Shown here: piece by piece, positions 1-9,228 of the stretch
Position numbering within the stretch: the first letter of the stretch is position 1
Layout of the letters: the number at the start of each line of letters is the position of its first letter
IMG/VR virus record: IMGVR_UViG_3300028831_000035
Span: 1-64,000 of that record
DNA: 64,000 nucleotides
Reading direction: 5' to 3' (one strand)
From: a virus
Position numbers and translations under genes: made by a program
The notes under the pieces: generated by a model
Databases searched by the model: none
The model's input: the letters and a program-made list of their open reading frames with translations, nothing else
What the model was told of the DNA's origin: nothing

Positions 1-255
1 GCCCTCATGATCGAAGGCTGTTGGCATTCGGCCTTCAGATTCCCAGTCGATATCGAAAGCGAACACCTTCACGTTCCCATCAAGACCTACAAGATAGTGG
101 CCCAAAGAACGAGAACCCGCGAGATGCTCCTGCAGAGCGACGCGGGTAAATTTTTTCTCGACCGGCGTGTAGATTCCATTCGAGTGCTGTTCGGCCATGA
201 CGTCTGTCCTGGCGATGAACATCTTAGCAAAGATGTTCTCAATCGGCTCGGACAC
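1..255 (-). CDS. DNA primase/polymerase-like protein, N-terminal 85 codons (gene continues past the left edge)
   Basis: Not in the ORF track because there is no stop in the window. Reverse strand from GTG at 255 (GAAAGG 8 nt upstream) reads VSEPIENIFAKMFIARTDVMAEQHSNGIYTPVEKKFTRVALQEHLAGSRSLGHYLVGLDGNVKVFAFDIDWESEG and stays open to nt 1. The R-x-DV-x-A ... HL-x-G ... G-x-Y ... FDID pattern resembles archaeo-eukaryotic prim-pol N-termini (DxD metal site). Confidence 0.5.
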   Translation of the reverse strand, partial: MSEPIENIFAKMFIARTDVMAEQHSNGIYTPVEKKFTRVALQEHLAGSRSLGHYLVGLDGNVKVFAFDIDWESEGRMPTAFDHEG

Positions 256-475
256 TGGGCTTGCCTTTCTATGCGTTATCGCCGGTAGCGGCCCTACCGA
301 TGCAACGAATCACCACCCTAGCACATACCAAAATGCAACGGTACAATGCCTATGACCGTGGTCACGCGCCGGACCATGGCCTGCAGGGATACCCCTGGCT
401 CCTCGCTCACTCGGACACGAGCGAGGATGCCGGGGGTATTGTGCTTTATGGACCGACCTACGTACTATCCCAGTT

Positions 476-1852
476 ATGTCCACTGAAGTCTGGCTTAGAA
501 ATCCGCACAACTACCACCGCCAGATTCGAGAGGTGGGTCATGTCAACACGGTCTGGAACTGGACGACACTCACCCAGAAGAGGGCAGATCCAGTCTCATT
601 CTCGGAGATGGCCTTTGGCGGACTTGCCTGGCGAACTATGGTCGTGGGCGGTTATGGCTGCGCGCTTTATCGTCCTGGAGATAGTCGATCCAAACCTTCG
701 GCAGTCTTTCCTTTCTGGAGTGCTACCCACAGTTCTATGGGTGAGCTTCACAAGCTCATCAAAAATCCCGTTGGTAATTATTCGTTTTCAGATGAACTGT
801 TGGGAACCCTGCGTCCCGTTCTTGGCCAAGAACATCGAATCGTTATCGGGTATCTTCCAACACTGAATACCAAACCTGGCCAGAACCTGATGGTCGAGCT
901 GGGACAGATTCAGCGAGATAATCCACAGGTTATTCTGCATCACTTCGGTGCGTCTGTTTACGCAGCTCAGATGGGAGTAGAGTTAGGCAGTCTCGACTTT
1001 GATGCCCGGGAGCATGCTGCGCATGGCCGTATAATTCTTCCCGTTGGCGGAAGGCATGTCCCCGACGATCTTCCCCCTGAACGATACCAGTACATTGAGA
1101 TGCTGGAGTACAACCTCAGGAAGCTTTACGACGACCCAGCTTACAGGTGTAAGTATAATATCGAAGCGGCAGTCTGGGCTGGGAAGTATTACGTCGAAGA
1201 GATGAACTACGTCGTTAGGAGGAGGCGTCGAAAGAAGAACAGCGCACCAGAGACTGTTCCGCTGAGTATTTCCGACAAGGAAGCCAGCAAGGTAAAGTAC
1301 CAACCGCAAACCAAGAGCGTGTTCATCCGGCCGGTTAAGCGAAACCCCGGAGATACGCTAAGCTGCAATCACTGCAGAATGCAGTTCGCCTGTAAAGCAT
1401 ATCGCGAGGGGAGCGTGTGCACCTTGCCTGACACACCTGGTAGGAAGCTAGCGGACATGTTCAAAGTCCGTGACGCGAACAGCGTTATCGATGGACTCAG
1501 TCACCTGCTTGTTATGCAGGCTAACCGCCTGCAGGACGCTATGACTGACGAAGAGCAGACCGGCGAGGGACTGAACCCAGAGGTTAGCAAGGAGATCAAG
1601 GCAACGTTCGAGAACGGCAAGACCCTAGCCCAGCTCCTCGACCCGGGGCTCAAGGGTGGACCGAAGGTAGTGAACAACAATAACACTGGGCCGAGTAACA
1701 CCCTCGTGGTTGCCCAGGCTAACCCGAACGAACTGGTGGCCGGGATCGTGCGCCAGCTAGAGCAGCAGGGTATTCCGCGGGAGAGTATTACCCAGGACAT
1801 GATCTCCAACGCGATGGCTGCATTGTCCCAGAACAAGGTGATCGAGGCGTGA
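476..1852 (+). CDS. hypothetical protein in the small-terminase position (458 aa)
   Basis: ORF track. ATG at 476; its stop overlaps the terL start (GTGA at 1849). The role is inferred from position only. It is much larger than a typical TerS. A Cys cluster (CNHCRMQFAC...C) lies in the C-terminal third. I recognise no family for the N-terminal 250 aa. Confidence 0.7.
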   Translation: MSTEVWLRNPHNYHRQIREVGHVNTVWNWTTLTQKRADPVSFSEMAFGGLAWRTMVVGGYGCALYRPGDSRSKPSAVFPFWSATHSSMGELHKLIKNPVGNYSFSDELLGTLRPVLGQEHRIVIGYLPTLNTKPGQNLMVELGQIQRDNPQVILHHFGASVYAAQMGVELGSLDFDAREHAAHGRIILPVGGRHVPDDLPPERYQYIEMLEYNLRKLYDDPAYRCKYNIEAAVWAGKYYVEEMNYVVRRRRRKKNSAPETVPLSISDKEASKVKYQPQTKSVFIRPVKRNPGDTLSCNHCRMQFACKAYREGSVCTLPDTPGRKLADMFKVRDANSVIDGLSHLLVMQANRLQDAMTDEEQTGEGLNPEVSKEIKATFENGKTLAQLLDPGLKGGPKVVNNNNTGPSNTLVVAQANPNELVAGIVRQLEQQGIPRESITQDMISNAMAALSQNKVIEA

Positions 1853-3699
1853 CTAGCCCTGTCGCCAGGGCGATTGCGAACCTTCAATGGTTGCAGGCTA
1901 ATCCTCACTTCGACGAGAAGCCTGCAACCATTGAAGAGTTCATCGGTCCTGGCTATCTCAATATTCGAGATAAAGTTCGCTCTAAGATCCGCGAGACTCT
2001 AACCGAGATCTTCGGTGCAGAGGTAAACGGTCAGCGCATGACTGCTGGATACCTGCGAGCCATGATCACTGGTGGAATCGGTATCGGCAAGACAACCTTC
2101 GCTTCGATCGTTCTTCCCTACATGGCACATTGGTGTCTGTGTCTGAAAGATCCCCAGGACTTCTTTGACCTGCTGCCAGGTTCCCGTATTGCGTTCATGA
2201 TGATGTCTACCTCGGAGTCGCAGGCCCGTGAAGTCCTCTTCGGCGATGTTGTTGCGCGTATCCAGAACTCGCCTTGGTTTTCGACGAACTACGCCAAGGA
2301 TCCTGCTTATAAGAATCAGATTCGTTTCCCCAAGGATATCTGGATTATTCCTGGTGACAGCGCTGAGACTACGTTCGAAGGTTATAACATTCTGGGTGGA
2401 ATCCTCGACGAAGCAGACTCGCACAAAGTTACCAAGGTTAAAGATTACGCGTCTTCCGGATATGATACAATCAACAGTCGTATCGAGTCCCGATTCCAGG
2501 ATCGCGGATTCTTGATTGTCATTGGGCAGATGAAGAAAGCTGTTGGCTTCGCTGCTCAAAAGTATGACGAGTTCCTGAAGGACGAGAAGGCCTACACTGC
2601 ACGCATGGCCATCTGGGAGTCTCTCGGGTGGTCGCGCTACCTTGATGCGAACGGCAACCGGCTCAGCTTCTATTACGACGTGAAGCGCAAGAAGATCATC
2701 GAGGGTGCGCTCGTCGAGCTGGTAGACAGCAACGATCTCATTGAGGTGCCACTTGTTTACCAGCCGTCTTTCAAGAACGATCCAGAAAAGGCTCTGCGCG
2801 ACCTTGCTGGCATTCCACCTAAGGTCGGAGATCCGTTCATTAGTCTGGTGGACCGAGTGGAACAAGCTCGTGATAAGTGGAGGGAGCGAGTGGGCGCCCC
2901 TTCTCCTGTCGATTCTAACTGCGTGTCGCCGAAGTTCGAGCCGTGGTTCAGGTGTAGCGATAACCTCCGACGTGCCGCGCACGTCGACATAGCCTACGCC
3001 GCAGAGGGCGACGCGGCAGCTATTGCAGTTGGTCATGTTCCGGAGGTTGTCGAGATTGATGGCGAGCAGAAGCCTTACATCATCATTGACTGTATTCTAA
3101 GAATTAAAGCGCCCGCGGGTGGCGAGATCATGATCAATGACCTTCGCCGGTTCTTGTATTACATTCGGGATGATCTGGGCTTTAAGATCACGACCGTGAC
3201 CTTGGATGGATTTCAAAGTCAGGACACCATCCAGCAGCTGCGTCGACGTAGGCTGAAGGCCGAGTACCTTTCGGTCGACCGAATGAAAGCACCGTTTGAG
3301 GATCTTCGAGAGGCTATCTACGAGGAGCGAATCGAGTTCCCACAGTACATGACGCAGATGAAACAGGGCGATCCGAAGCTAGTCGAGATTGCCATGAAGG
3401 AACTTCTGGAGCTGTCTGATGTGGGATCTAAGATTGACCATCCTGTCGATGGCAGCAAAGACGTCGCAGATGCTATGGCTGGTGTTTGTTACACCCTCAT
3501 GGGAGATCGCCAGTATCGGCGTCGGCAGCTCTCTGTCTCTCCTGGCACGACCACTGAGGAGTACAATCCGAACACCGGCCAGTTCGGACAGGGTCAATCA
3601 GCCCTAGCTCTACTGGGCCTCGGTCCGACGATGCCTTCCGCGCCGCGTGTGCCGGATAGTTCAGCCATGCCTCCGGGTTTCGGTCCGATCATTCCTTAG
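1849..3699 (+). CDS. terL: terminase large subunit
   Basis: 616 aa. Walker A-like GGIGIGKTT and Walker B-like ILGGILDEAD, followed by an acidic nuclease-like C-terminal half. It sits directly upstream of the portal gene. Confidence 0.9.
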   Translation: MTSPVARAIANLQWLQANPHFDEKPATIEEFIGPGYLNIRDKVRSKIRETLTEIFGAEVNGQRMTAGYLRAMITGGIGIGKTTFASIVLPYMAHWCLCLKDPQDFFDLLPGSRIAFMMMSTSESQAREVLFGDVVARIQNSPWFSTNYAKDPAYKNQIRFPKDIWIIPGDSAETTFEGYNILGGILDEADSHKVTKVKDYASSGYDTINSRIESRFQDRGFLIVIGQMKKAVGFAAQKYDEFLKDEKAYTARMAIWESLGWSRYLDANGNRLSFYYDVKRKKIIEGALVELVDSNDLIEVPLVYQPSFKNDPEKALRDLAGIPPKVGDPFISLVDRVEQARDKWRERVGAPSPVDSNCVSPKFEPWFRCSDNLRRAAHVDIAYAAEGDAAAIAVGHVPEVVEIDGEQKPYIIIDCILRIKAPAGGEIMINDLRRFLYYIRDDLGFKITTVTLDGFQSQDTIQQLRRRRLKAEYLSVDRMKAPFEDLREAIYEERIEFPQYMTQMKQGDPKLVEIAMKELLELSDVGSKIDHPVDGSKDVADAMAGVCYTLMGDRQYRRRQLSVSPGTTTEEYNPNTGQFGQGQSALALLGLGPTMPSAPRVPDSSAMPPGFGPIIP

Positions 3700-3767
3700 T
3701 GTAATCTAGTGGCACAGAGTTTCCTGCCTGGCGCGGCCACGCAGCATCCTCGAACCAGGAGAACGAA

Positions 3768-5408
3768 GTGTCGCTAGTAGACCACAACGGGATGCCACTG
3801 GCTACCCAGCAGTTCAAGAAGGCTCCGCCCCCGGTCCTCGGCGAGAAATTCGGCGGGTGGTCGGGGATGCCGGAGCTTGTTTCGCGCAAGCTCACTCGGG
3901 CGGCAATGATCCAGTTTGACCTGGATCAGCTGCGACTTGAAGACTACCGAAACATGCGTGACCATTACCAGGTCAATGCAAGTCTTTCGGTACTGAGCTT
4001 CATGATCTATCAGATGGATTTTAAGATCACGGGGCCGAACCAGAGGGTTATTTCGCTTTGCGAGGAACAGCTCCGAGAGATCTGGCCTCGTCTTGTTCGT
4101 GCACTGAGCCAGAGCTTCTGGTCTGGGTACAGCCCGTGTGTGCTGCAGTGGGAGAACGACGTACCGGGAAAGAAGACTGTTCTCACTAAGGTGAAGGATC
4201 TTCGTCCCGAAGAGTGCCGGATTCACTGGAAGGATGTTGAAGGTTACAAGCCTCCAGGTGGCATGGCTCGAAAGCTCAAGGTCTACGACGGCATTGACCA
4301 GGAGGGGTATGGACACATCCCAGTGCAGAACACTCTCTGGTACCCCCTCCTCATGGAGAACGGCCACATGTACGGCCGGAAGATCCTGCGTTCTGCTTTC
4401 TCCAGCTACTTCTTTTCCCTGTTGCTGCACCTCTATGCCAACCGATACTTCGAGCGATTCGGCGAGCCAGTCCCGATTGGACGCGCACCCTTCGAGGATC
4501 AGGTAACTGTCGGCAACGAGGTTCAGGGTGCGCCGAGCTTCATGATGTCTGCACTGCAGCAGTTGCGCAGTCGCAGTGCGGTGGTGCTTCCGAACGACCG
4601 CGACCCAGAAGCGAAGACGTTCGATTATGACATCTCGTACATGGAGTCCCAGATGCGTGGGGCTGACTTCGAGCGCTATCTCCTTCGCCTCGACGAAGAG
4701 ATCAGTCTTGCGATCTTCACCCCGCTCCTTATGCTGCGCACGGGCGAGACTGGTTCTTCCAACCTTGGTCTTGGGCAGATGCAGGTTTACCTATGGATGC
4801 TCAACGCTATTGCGGGTGACTGGGCCGAGTATATCAACCGCTACATCCTGGCACCGATGACCCGGTTCAACTTCAGTCAGACCACTGCGCCTGCGAAGAT
4901 CGAGTTCCGCAAGCTCGGCAAAGACAACGCTGACACGATCCGGGTTCTTCTGGCGGGCCTTCTTCAGAAGGGTACACTCGGAGTTGACCTGGACGAACTG
5001 GGTCAGGCAGCAGGGTTAAGCCTCAAGGAAATCAAGGCTGTTACGAAGCCGGAACAAGATCCTACTGACCCGGAGGAAAATCCTCGGGACGATAGGGTGG
5101 GACGCGACCGGCCGGACAAAGAGACGGCTAGCGGCGTCGGTGACCCGGCGGGTACGGCATCGTCCATCAAAGCCCGGGTATCTAGCCAGGCCACTCGCTG
5201 GGGTCGGTTGCCCAAGGCGTGGCCGGACTATGTTCCGGACTTCGGACACCAGAAGCAGTTGGCTGAGGCGGTTGGTCAGGCTAAAGCTGACATGATCTTC
5301 GGGATGCTGAACACCTGGGCTCAGGACGTGAAGGGTAAGTACGCAACGTCTGCAGAGTACTGTGCGGCGTTTGATAAGGCATTCGATGCCGCGCTCGACT
5401 CGGCATGA
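3768..5408 (+). CDS. portal protein
   Basis: 546 aa; GTG start with AGGAGAA 4 nt upstream. Size and position (after terL, before protease/scaffold) fit a portal. The N-terminal YRNMRDHYQVNASL region resembles Mu gp29/DUF935-type portals as I recall them. Confidence 0.8.
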   Translation: MSLVDHNGMPLATQQFKKAPPPVLGEKFGGWSGMPELVSRKLTRAAMIQFDLDQLRLEDYRNMRDHYQVNASLSVLSFMIYQMDFKITGPNQRVISLCEEQLREIWPRLVRALSQSFWSGYSPCVLQWENDVPGKKTVLTKVKDLRPEECRIHWKDVEGYKPPGGMARKLKVYDGIDQEGYGHIPVQNTLWYPLLMENGHMYGRKILRSAFSSYFFSLLLHLYANRYFERFGEPVPIGRAPFEDQVTVGNEVQGAPSFMMSALQQLRSRSAVVLPNDRDPEAKTFDYDISYMESQMRGADFERYLLRLDEEISLAIFTPLLMLRTGETGSSNLGLGQMQVYLWMLNAIAGDWAEYINRYILAPMTRFNFSQTTAPAKIEFRKLGKDNADTIRVLLAGLLQKGTLGVDLDELGQAAGLSLKEIKAVTKPEQDPTDPEENPRDDRVGRDRPDKETASGVGDPAGTASSIKARVSSQATRWGRLPKAWPDYVPDFGHQKQLAEAVGQAKADMIFGMLNTWAQDVKGKYATSAEYCAAFDKAFDAALDSA

Positions 5409-5643
5409 CCTAAGGTGCACTTGCAGACATACGCCGAAGCTAGCAGAGTACGGCCTGGACGACAAGGGCAGGCCGTACCTGCATATCAAAGTCTGGAAGG
5501 GAGATAAGCTATACGCAGAATGCATCTTCCGCGGCGGCGAGGCAAAGGTTCTTTGCCGGGAGTGTCTACGATGGTATCGAGTGGTTTTCCAAATTCCACG
5601 CTCTCACTTGGAGCCAGTACAAACCCCACCCGAGTTGGTTTAG
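5386..5643 (+). CDS. small zinc-ribbon protein (Com-like pattern)
   Basis: In frame with track ORF 5362..5643. ATG at 5386 overlaps the portal stop (5408). It has CxC ... KLAEY ... CxxC (RCTCRH...VLCRECLRWY), reminiscent of phage Mu Com-type zinc ribbons. The start is uncertain (GTG 5362 or ATG 5386). Confidence 0.4.
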   Translation: MPRSTRHDLRCTCRHTPKLAEYGLDDKGRPYLHIKVWKGDKLYAECIFRGGEAKVLCRECLRWYRVVFQIPRSHLEPVQTPPELV

Positions 5644-5698
5644 TGGACGGGCGTACCGGTTGCTAGGTAGTGCTTAATCCGTGTAAGGTAGCGAGACA

Positions 5699-6904
5699 AT
5701 GAACATGAAGAGGTTTTCCGCGCCATCGTCCGAGCTTCGGGCGTATAACTTCATGGCCGGAGCTACCGCTGGTCTGGCCGAGTCGCCTGCTCACTTCGAG
5801 AAGAAGAAGGAGGATGGCGAAAGCATCCTTCGAATCTTCGACATGCCTGTGTTCCGGTCTGGGACTTTCCGCGATAGCTGGGGAGAGCAAACGACCTGGG
5901 AACCAGAGCACATGAAGGCGATGGTCGACAACTACAGCGCCCTCGCATCTCGTCAGATTCTTGAATCTGCGCCTGTTCGGGATGGTCACCCAGCTATCTT
6001 CAGTGGGTTGACTCCTGGTGCAGGTGCCGTCGTCGGCTGGCACACGGAGATCAAGACCAAAGAGTTGAAGGCGAAGGACGGGGTAACTTACACCTACGTC
6101 CTTGCTGACTACGAGGTCACCGAGCCGGACGCGGTCGGTAAGATTGACCGGAAGACTTGGCGGAATCGTTCTGCCGAGATTGGTACGTACCGGACGAACA
6201 ACGAAGCCGAATATTGGCCAGCCTACATGGGCTTTGCTTATGTGGACTTGCCTGCGGTAGAGTTGCTCAACGGCCACAACAACGCGTTCTCCAAGGAGAG
6301 CCCTAACCGGTTCTTCATTTCGTCAGTGGCCATCCCGAAAGCAACGGAACCAGTAGAAGGAGCCCCCGTGGGCGACGAGAACAAGACCGGGGACCAGACC
6401 CCGGCCACGCAGCCTGCTGCCCCGGCGGCCCAGGCTCCGACCCAGGTGCACGCGGCTCCGGCCCCGAGCTTCGTGGTGTTCGGGAAGAGCACGACGGACA
6501 TCGGCGCTGTTCAGGCTCACATCAACACGCTGGAGCTTTTCCAGCGCGAGTCTCGCGAGAAGGCTCGCAAGGACTTCGTGAGCAGCCTGGCGACCAGCAA
6601 CAAGATCCTCGCCAAGGATGTCGACGCCCAGACGGCGTTCGCCCTGTCCCTGAGTGACGAGCAGTACGGCAAGTGGACTGAGATGTACAGCGCGGCTCCG
6701 TCTGTCCCGGGCATCGGTTCTGAGCCTCAGGGCCAGTCGCCGACTACGCCTGAGCCGACCGGAACGCCGGACCCGAAGGCTACCCGGATCGCGGAGCTGC
6801 AGGGTACGCTGCGCATGCACAGTGCGGCTGGCGCCTCCAAGGAGGACATCGAGAAGATGGCTTCCTACCAGGAGCTTCAGTCCCTGCTGGCGGCGGCCAA
6901 GTAA
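5699..6904 (+). CDS. capsid maturation protease / scaffolding protein (Mu gpI-like N-terminal domain)
   Basis: 401 aa. The N-terminal 190 aa (RIFDMPVFRSGTFRDSWGE...) resembles the Mu-like prophage protein I family. This is followed by an Ala/Pro-rich linker and a helical C-terminus, typical of protease-scaffold fusions. It lies between portal and capsid. Confidence 0.55.
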   Translation: MNMKRFSAPSSELRAYNFMAGATAGLAESPAHFEKKKEDGESILRIFDMPVFRSGTFRDSWGEQTTWEPEHMKAMVDNYSALASRQILESAPVRDGHPAIFSGLTPGAGAVVGWHTEIKTKELKAKDGVTYTYVLADYEVTEPDAVGKIDRKTWRNRSAEIGTYRTNNEAEYWPAYMGFAYVDLPAVELLNGHNNAFSKESPNRFFISSVAIPKATEPVEGAPVGDENKTGDQTPATQPAAPAAQAPTQVHAAPAPSFVVFGKSTTDIGAVQAHINTLELFQRESREKARKDFVSSLATSNKILAKDVDAQTAFALSLSDEQYGKWTEMYSAAPSVPGIGSEPQGQSPTTPEPTGTPDPKATRIAELQGTLRMHSAAGASKEDIEKMASYQELQSLLAAAK

Positions 6905-6940
6905 GTTCGGCCCGAACGCAAGAACAAACGAGGAGATTGA

Positions 6941-7732
6941 ATGCCTTCCTTCGTGAAGGGTGGCGGCTCGTACACCGACCCGTTCGGTCCGAACGAGTAC
7001 CGACGCTCTACCAAGGGACTCAAGTACGAGTCGTACACCATTGCGGCTAGCACTGTTCCCACCGAAACGATCAACGGCGTGACGGGCCAGAAGGTTCTTC
7101 AGCGCGGCGAGATTCTCGCTAAGATCACGTCCGGTCCCGAGATTGGCAAGGTCGGCCCGTTCGCGGCTGGCACGCCGGTCGTCGAGGTTCAGACTGTTAC
7201 GATCAGCGGTACGCCCTCGGGTGGCACCTTCCGCCTTGCCTACAACGGCATGGCGTCTGCTGCCATTGCATACAACGCGGCTGCCTCGGTCGTCCAGTCT
7301 GCCCTCAACGGAATCCCGTCTCTGGTGTCGTCCGGCCAGCAGGTTACCGTTACTGGTTCGGCTGGTGGACCTTACACGGTTACCTTCCAGGATCCAGGCG
7401 ACGCGTCGACCATCACGCTCGACACCAACTCGCTCACCGGTGGTTCCAGCCCGACGGTTGCAGTTGCGACCACGACGCCTGGTTCTGTCGGTACCGGTAC
7501 TGGTGCGGCGACTGACGGTCGGTCGGACCCGGCGAACATCGTCGGTATCAACGACACCTACCTGCCCTGGCAGCTTCTGAACCACGACGAGCAGGTTGCT
7601 GCGTGCTATGTCGGCGATGTCGTCCAGGCATGGTGCTTCCAGCGGAATGCGGCGGGCGCCCGGGTTGCTCTTGATGACTCGGTTGCGCGCTACATGATCA
7701 ACCGCAAGCACATGCAGATCAACTTCCACTGA
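6941..7732 (+). CDS. head decoration protein with a central inserted domain
   Basis: 263 aa, immediately upstream of the major capsid gene. N- and C-terminal segments look lambda-gpD-like. The central part, VQTVTISGTPSGGTFRLAYNG...VTVTGSAGGPYTVTFQD, appears to be an inserted beta domain. Confidence 0.5.
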   Translation: MPSFVKGGGSYTDPFGPNEYRRSTKGLKYESYTIAASTVPTETINGVTGQKVLQRGEILAKITSGPEIGKVGPFAAGTPVVEVQTVTISGTPSGGTFRLAYNGMASAAIAYNAAASVVQSALNGIPSLVSSGQQVTVTGSAGGPYTVTFQDPGDASTITLDTNSLTGGSSPTVAVATTTPGSVGTGTGAATDGRSDPANIVGINDTYLPWQLLNHDEQVAACYVGDVVQAWCFQRNAAGARVALDDSVARYMINRKHMQINFH

Positions 7733-7746
7733 TCCGGAGATTTTGA

Positions 7747-8979
7747 ATGAGCAGCTTCGTCAAGCCTCCGGGCCAGGGACGGTCTGGGGGTACCCAGAAC
7801 TTCGCCTACCTGGACACCCCGCAGGACCGCCTGGTCCGCAAGGAGTCCGCGCTCGGATTCATCCGAGAGATTCAGCCGCCCCAGGACCACATCGGTCTGC
7901 GCGAGTTCGCGCCCTGGATGGAGGTTCCGACTGACGAGGTTATCTTCGACTACCTCACCGGTTTCGCTGAGGGTCTTGCCCCCGCGCGCGCCGAGGATGC
8001 AGAGTCGGAGCTGGCCCAGAAGGACAACCTCTACACCGGCCAGGGTCGGGCGTCGCTGATTGACTGGGCGATCAAGGACCACTACACTGCGTCGGACGTG
8101 AACCGGTACCGCGAGGCGATGGACGTTGCCCAGCGTATCGCGCAGACTGGTTCGATTCCGCTGACCGTCAGCTCGGTGACCGAGGGCTTCCAGGAGCGCC
8201 TCGCCCGAGATGACGCGATGCGTCGTCGTCGGTTCGACAACCGGCTGGAGTGGCTGATCATGTCGGCCATCAGCACGGGCGCCATCGCTTACAACGACGG
8301 CAAGATCGTGTTCTCGGTTGACTACGGCCGTCCGGCCAACCAGTCGGCTGGCAACGCGGCGAACGACCTGGCCGCCGCGAGCGTCACCGATGGTGTGTGG
8401 TCGATCGCTGGTACCTCGTTCGACCCGATTCGGTTCATCACCGAGGTTCAGCAGTACATGTACGACACTACGGGTACCATCCCGAAGCGCGTACTGTGCA
8501 GCCGGAAGTTCATCAACCGGCTCTGGGCGTCGGACAAATTCATCGCTCGCACCGGCCTGGTGGTCGGGGGTACGCCCTCCTCGCCGATCGACATGAACTA
8601 CCTGGTCGAGGGTTGGGGTCCGGGCGCGGCTGCGGAGATCGTTGGCCGTGCGACTGGCGTTCGGTTCATCGAGTACGACTCGGTTTACCGGACCCGGGCG
8701 ATCGGCGGCAAGACGGTTACGAACAACCGATTCTTCCCGGAGGACCGACTGGTCTTCCTTCCGGAAGAGGGTGACCTCACCGAGTTCGACACCACTGGCA
8801 CCGGCTTCGGTCGGATGCTCACTTCCCCCCACCCCGAGGGTAACTGGACTGCCGGTTTCTACGACTGGGAGGAAGAGACCCGCGACCCGTGGGGGCACAC
8901 CCGAGGCATGGGCGTTAAGGCGTTCCCGATCTTCCTCCACATGGAGAAGACCTACGCCGTCAACGTCACTGGCCTCTAA
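7747..8979 (+). CDS. major capsid protein (lambda gpE-like)
   Basis: 410 aa. Position, size and overall pattern are consistent with the Phage_cap_E family. A strong terminator follows at 9170-9206. Confidence 0.85.
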   Translation: MSSFVKPPGQGRSGGTQNFAYLDTPQDRLVRKESALGFIREIQPPQDHIGLREFAPWMEVPTDEVIFDYLTGFAEGLAPARAEDAESELAQKDNLYTGQGRASLIDWAIKDHYTASDVNRYREAMDVAQRIAQTGSIPLTVSSVTEGFQERLARDDAMRRRRFDNRLEWLIMSAISTGAIAYNDGKIVFSVDYGRPANQSAGNAANDLAAASVTDGVWSIAGTSFDPIRFITEVQQYMYDTTGTIPKRVLCSRKFINRLWASDKFIARTGLVVGGTPSSPIDMNYLVEGWGPGAAAEIVGRATGVRFIEYDSVYRTRAIGGKTVTNNRFFPEDRLVFLPEEGDLTEFDTTGTGFGRMLTSPHPEGNWTAGFYDWEEETRDPWGHTRGMGVKAFPIFLHMEKTYAVNVTGL

Positions 8980-8989
8980 GGAGGTAGCA

Positions 8990-9160
8990 ATGGCGATCAG
9001 CCGTGACGGTACTGCTGTTATCCGGCCGACTCCGGGCTCGGACCGCAAGGGCCAGCCTCGGTCGAGTTCCGGTTCGACTTCTCGTACCAGCCCCCTCGCC
9101 GTTGGCGGTGGGCGGAAGGTAGCGAAGGTCACTCGCCAGCCGGGCCGAAGCGCTCGGTAG
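8990..9160 (+). CDS. small basic protein (56 aa)
   Basis: ATG at 8990 is preceded by a strong AAGGAGG 5 nt upstream. It reads MAISRDGTAVIRPTPGSDRKGQPRSSSGSTSRTSPLAVGGGRKVAKVTRQPGRSAR. It is in frame with the tail of track ORF 8642..9160. The composition is low-complexity, so it is uncertain. Confidence 0.4.
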   Translation: MAISRDGTAVIRPTPGSDRKGQPRSSSGSTSRTSPLAVGGGRKVAKVTRQPGRSAR

Positions 9161-9169
9161 TTCAGAAGA

Positions 9170-9206
9170 AAGGGGAGGGACTTCAAACAAGTCCCTCCCC
9201 TTTTCT
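9170..9206 (+). terminator. rho-independent terminator after the capsid gene
   Basis: GGGGAGGGAC (9172-9181) pairs with GTCCCTCCCC (9191-9200). The loop is 9 nt and is followed by TTTT. Confidence 0.75.
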
Positions 9207-9228
9207 GGCTTAACCAGGAGAGGGAATA

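Noticed and set aside
261-866. 201-aa + ORF spanning the left intergenic region and the start of the 458-aa gene
   Set aside because: It starts inside the structured non-coding region, overlaps the better-supported 476..1852 frame, and its translation looks off-frame (Arg/Ser/Trp-rich).
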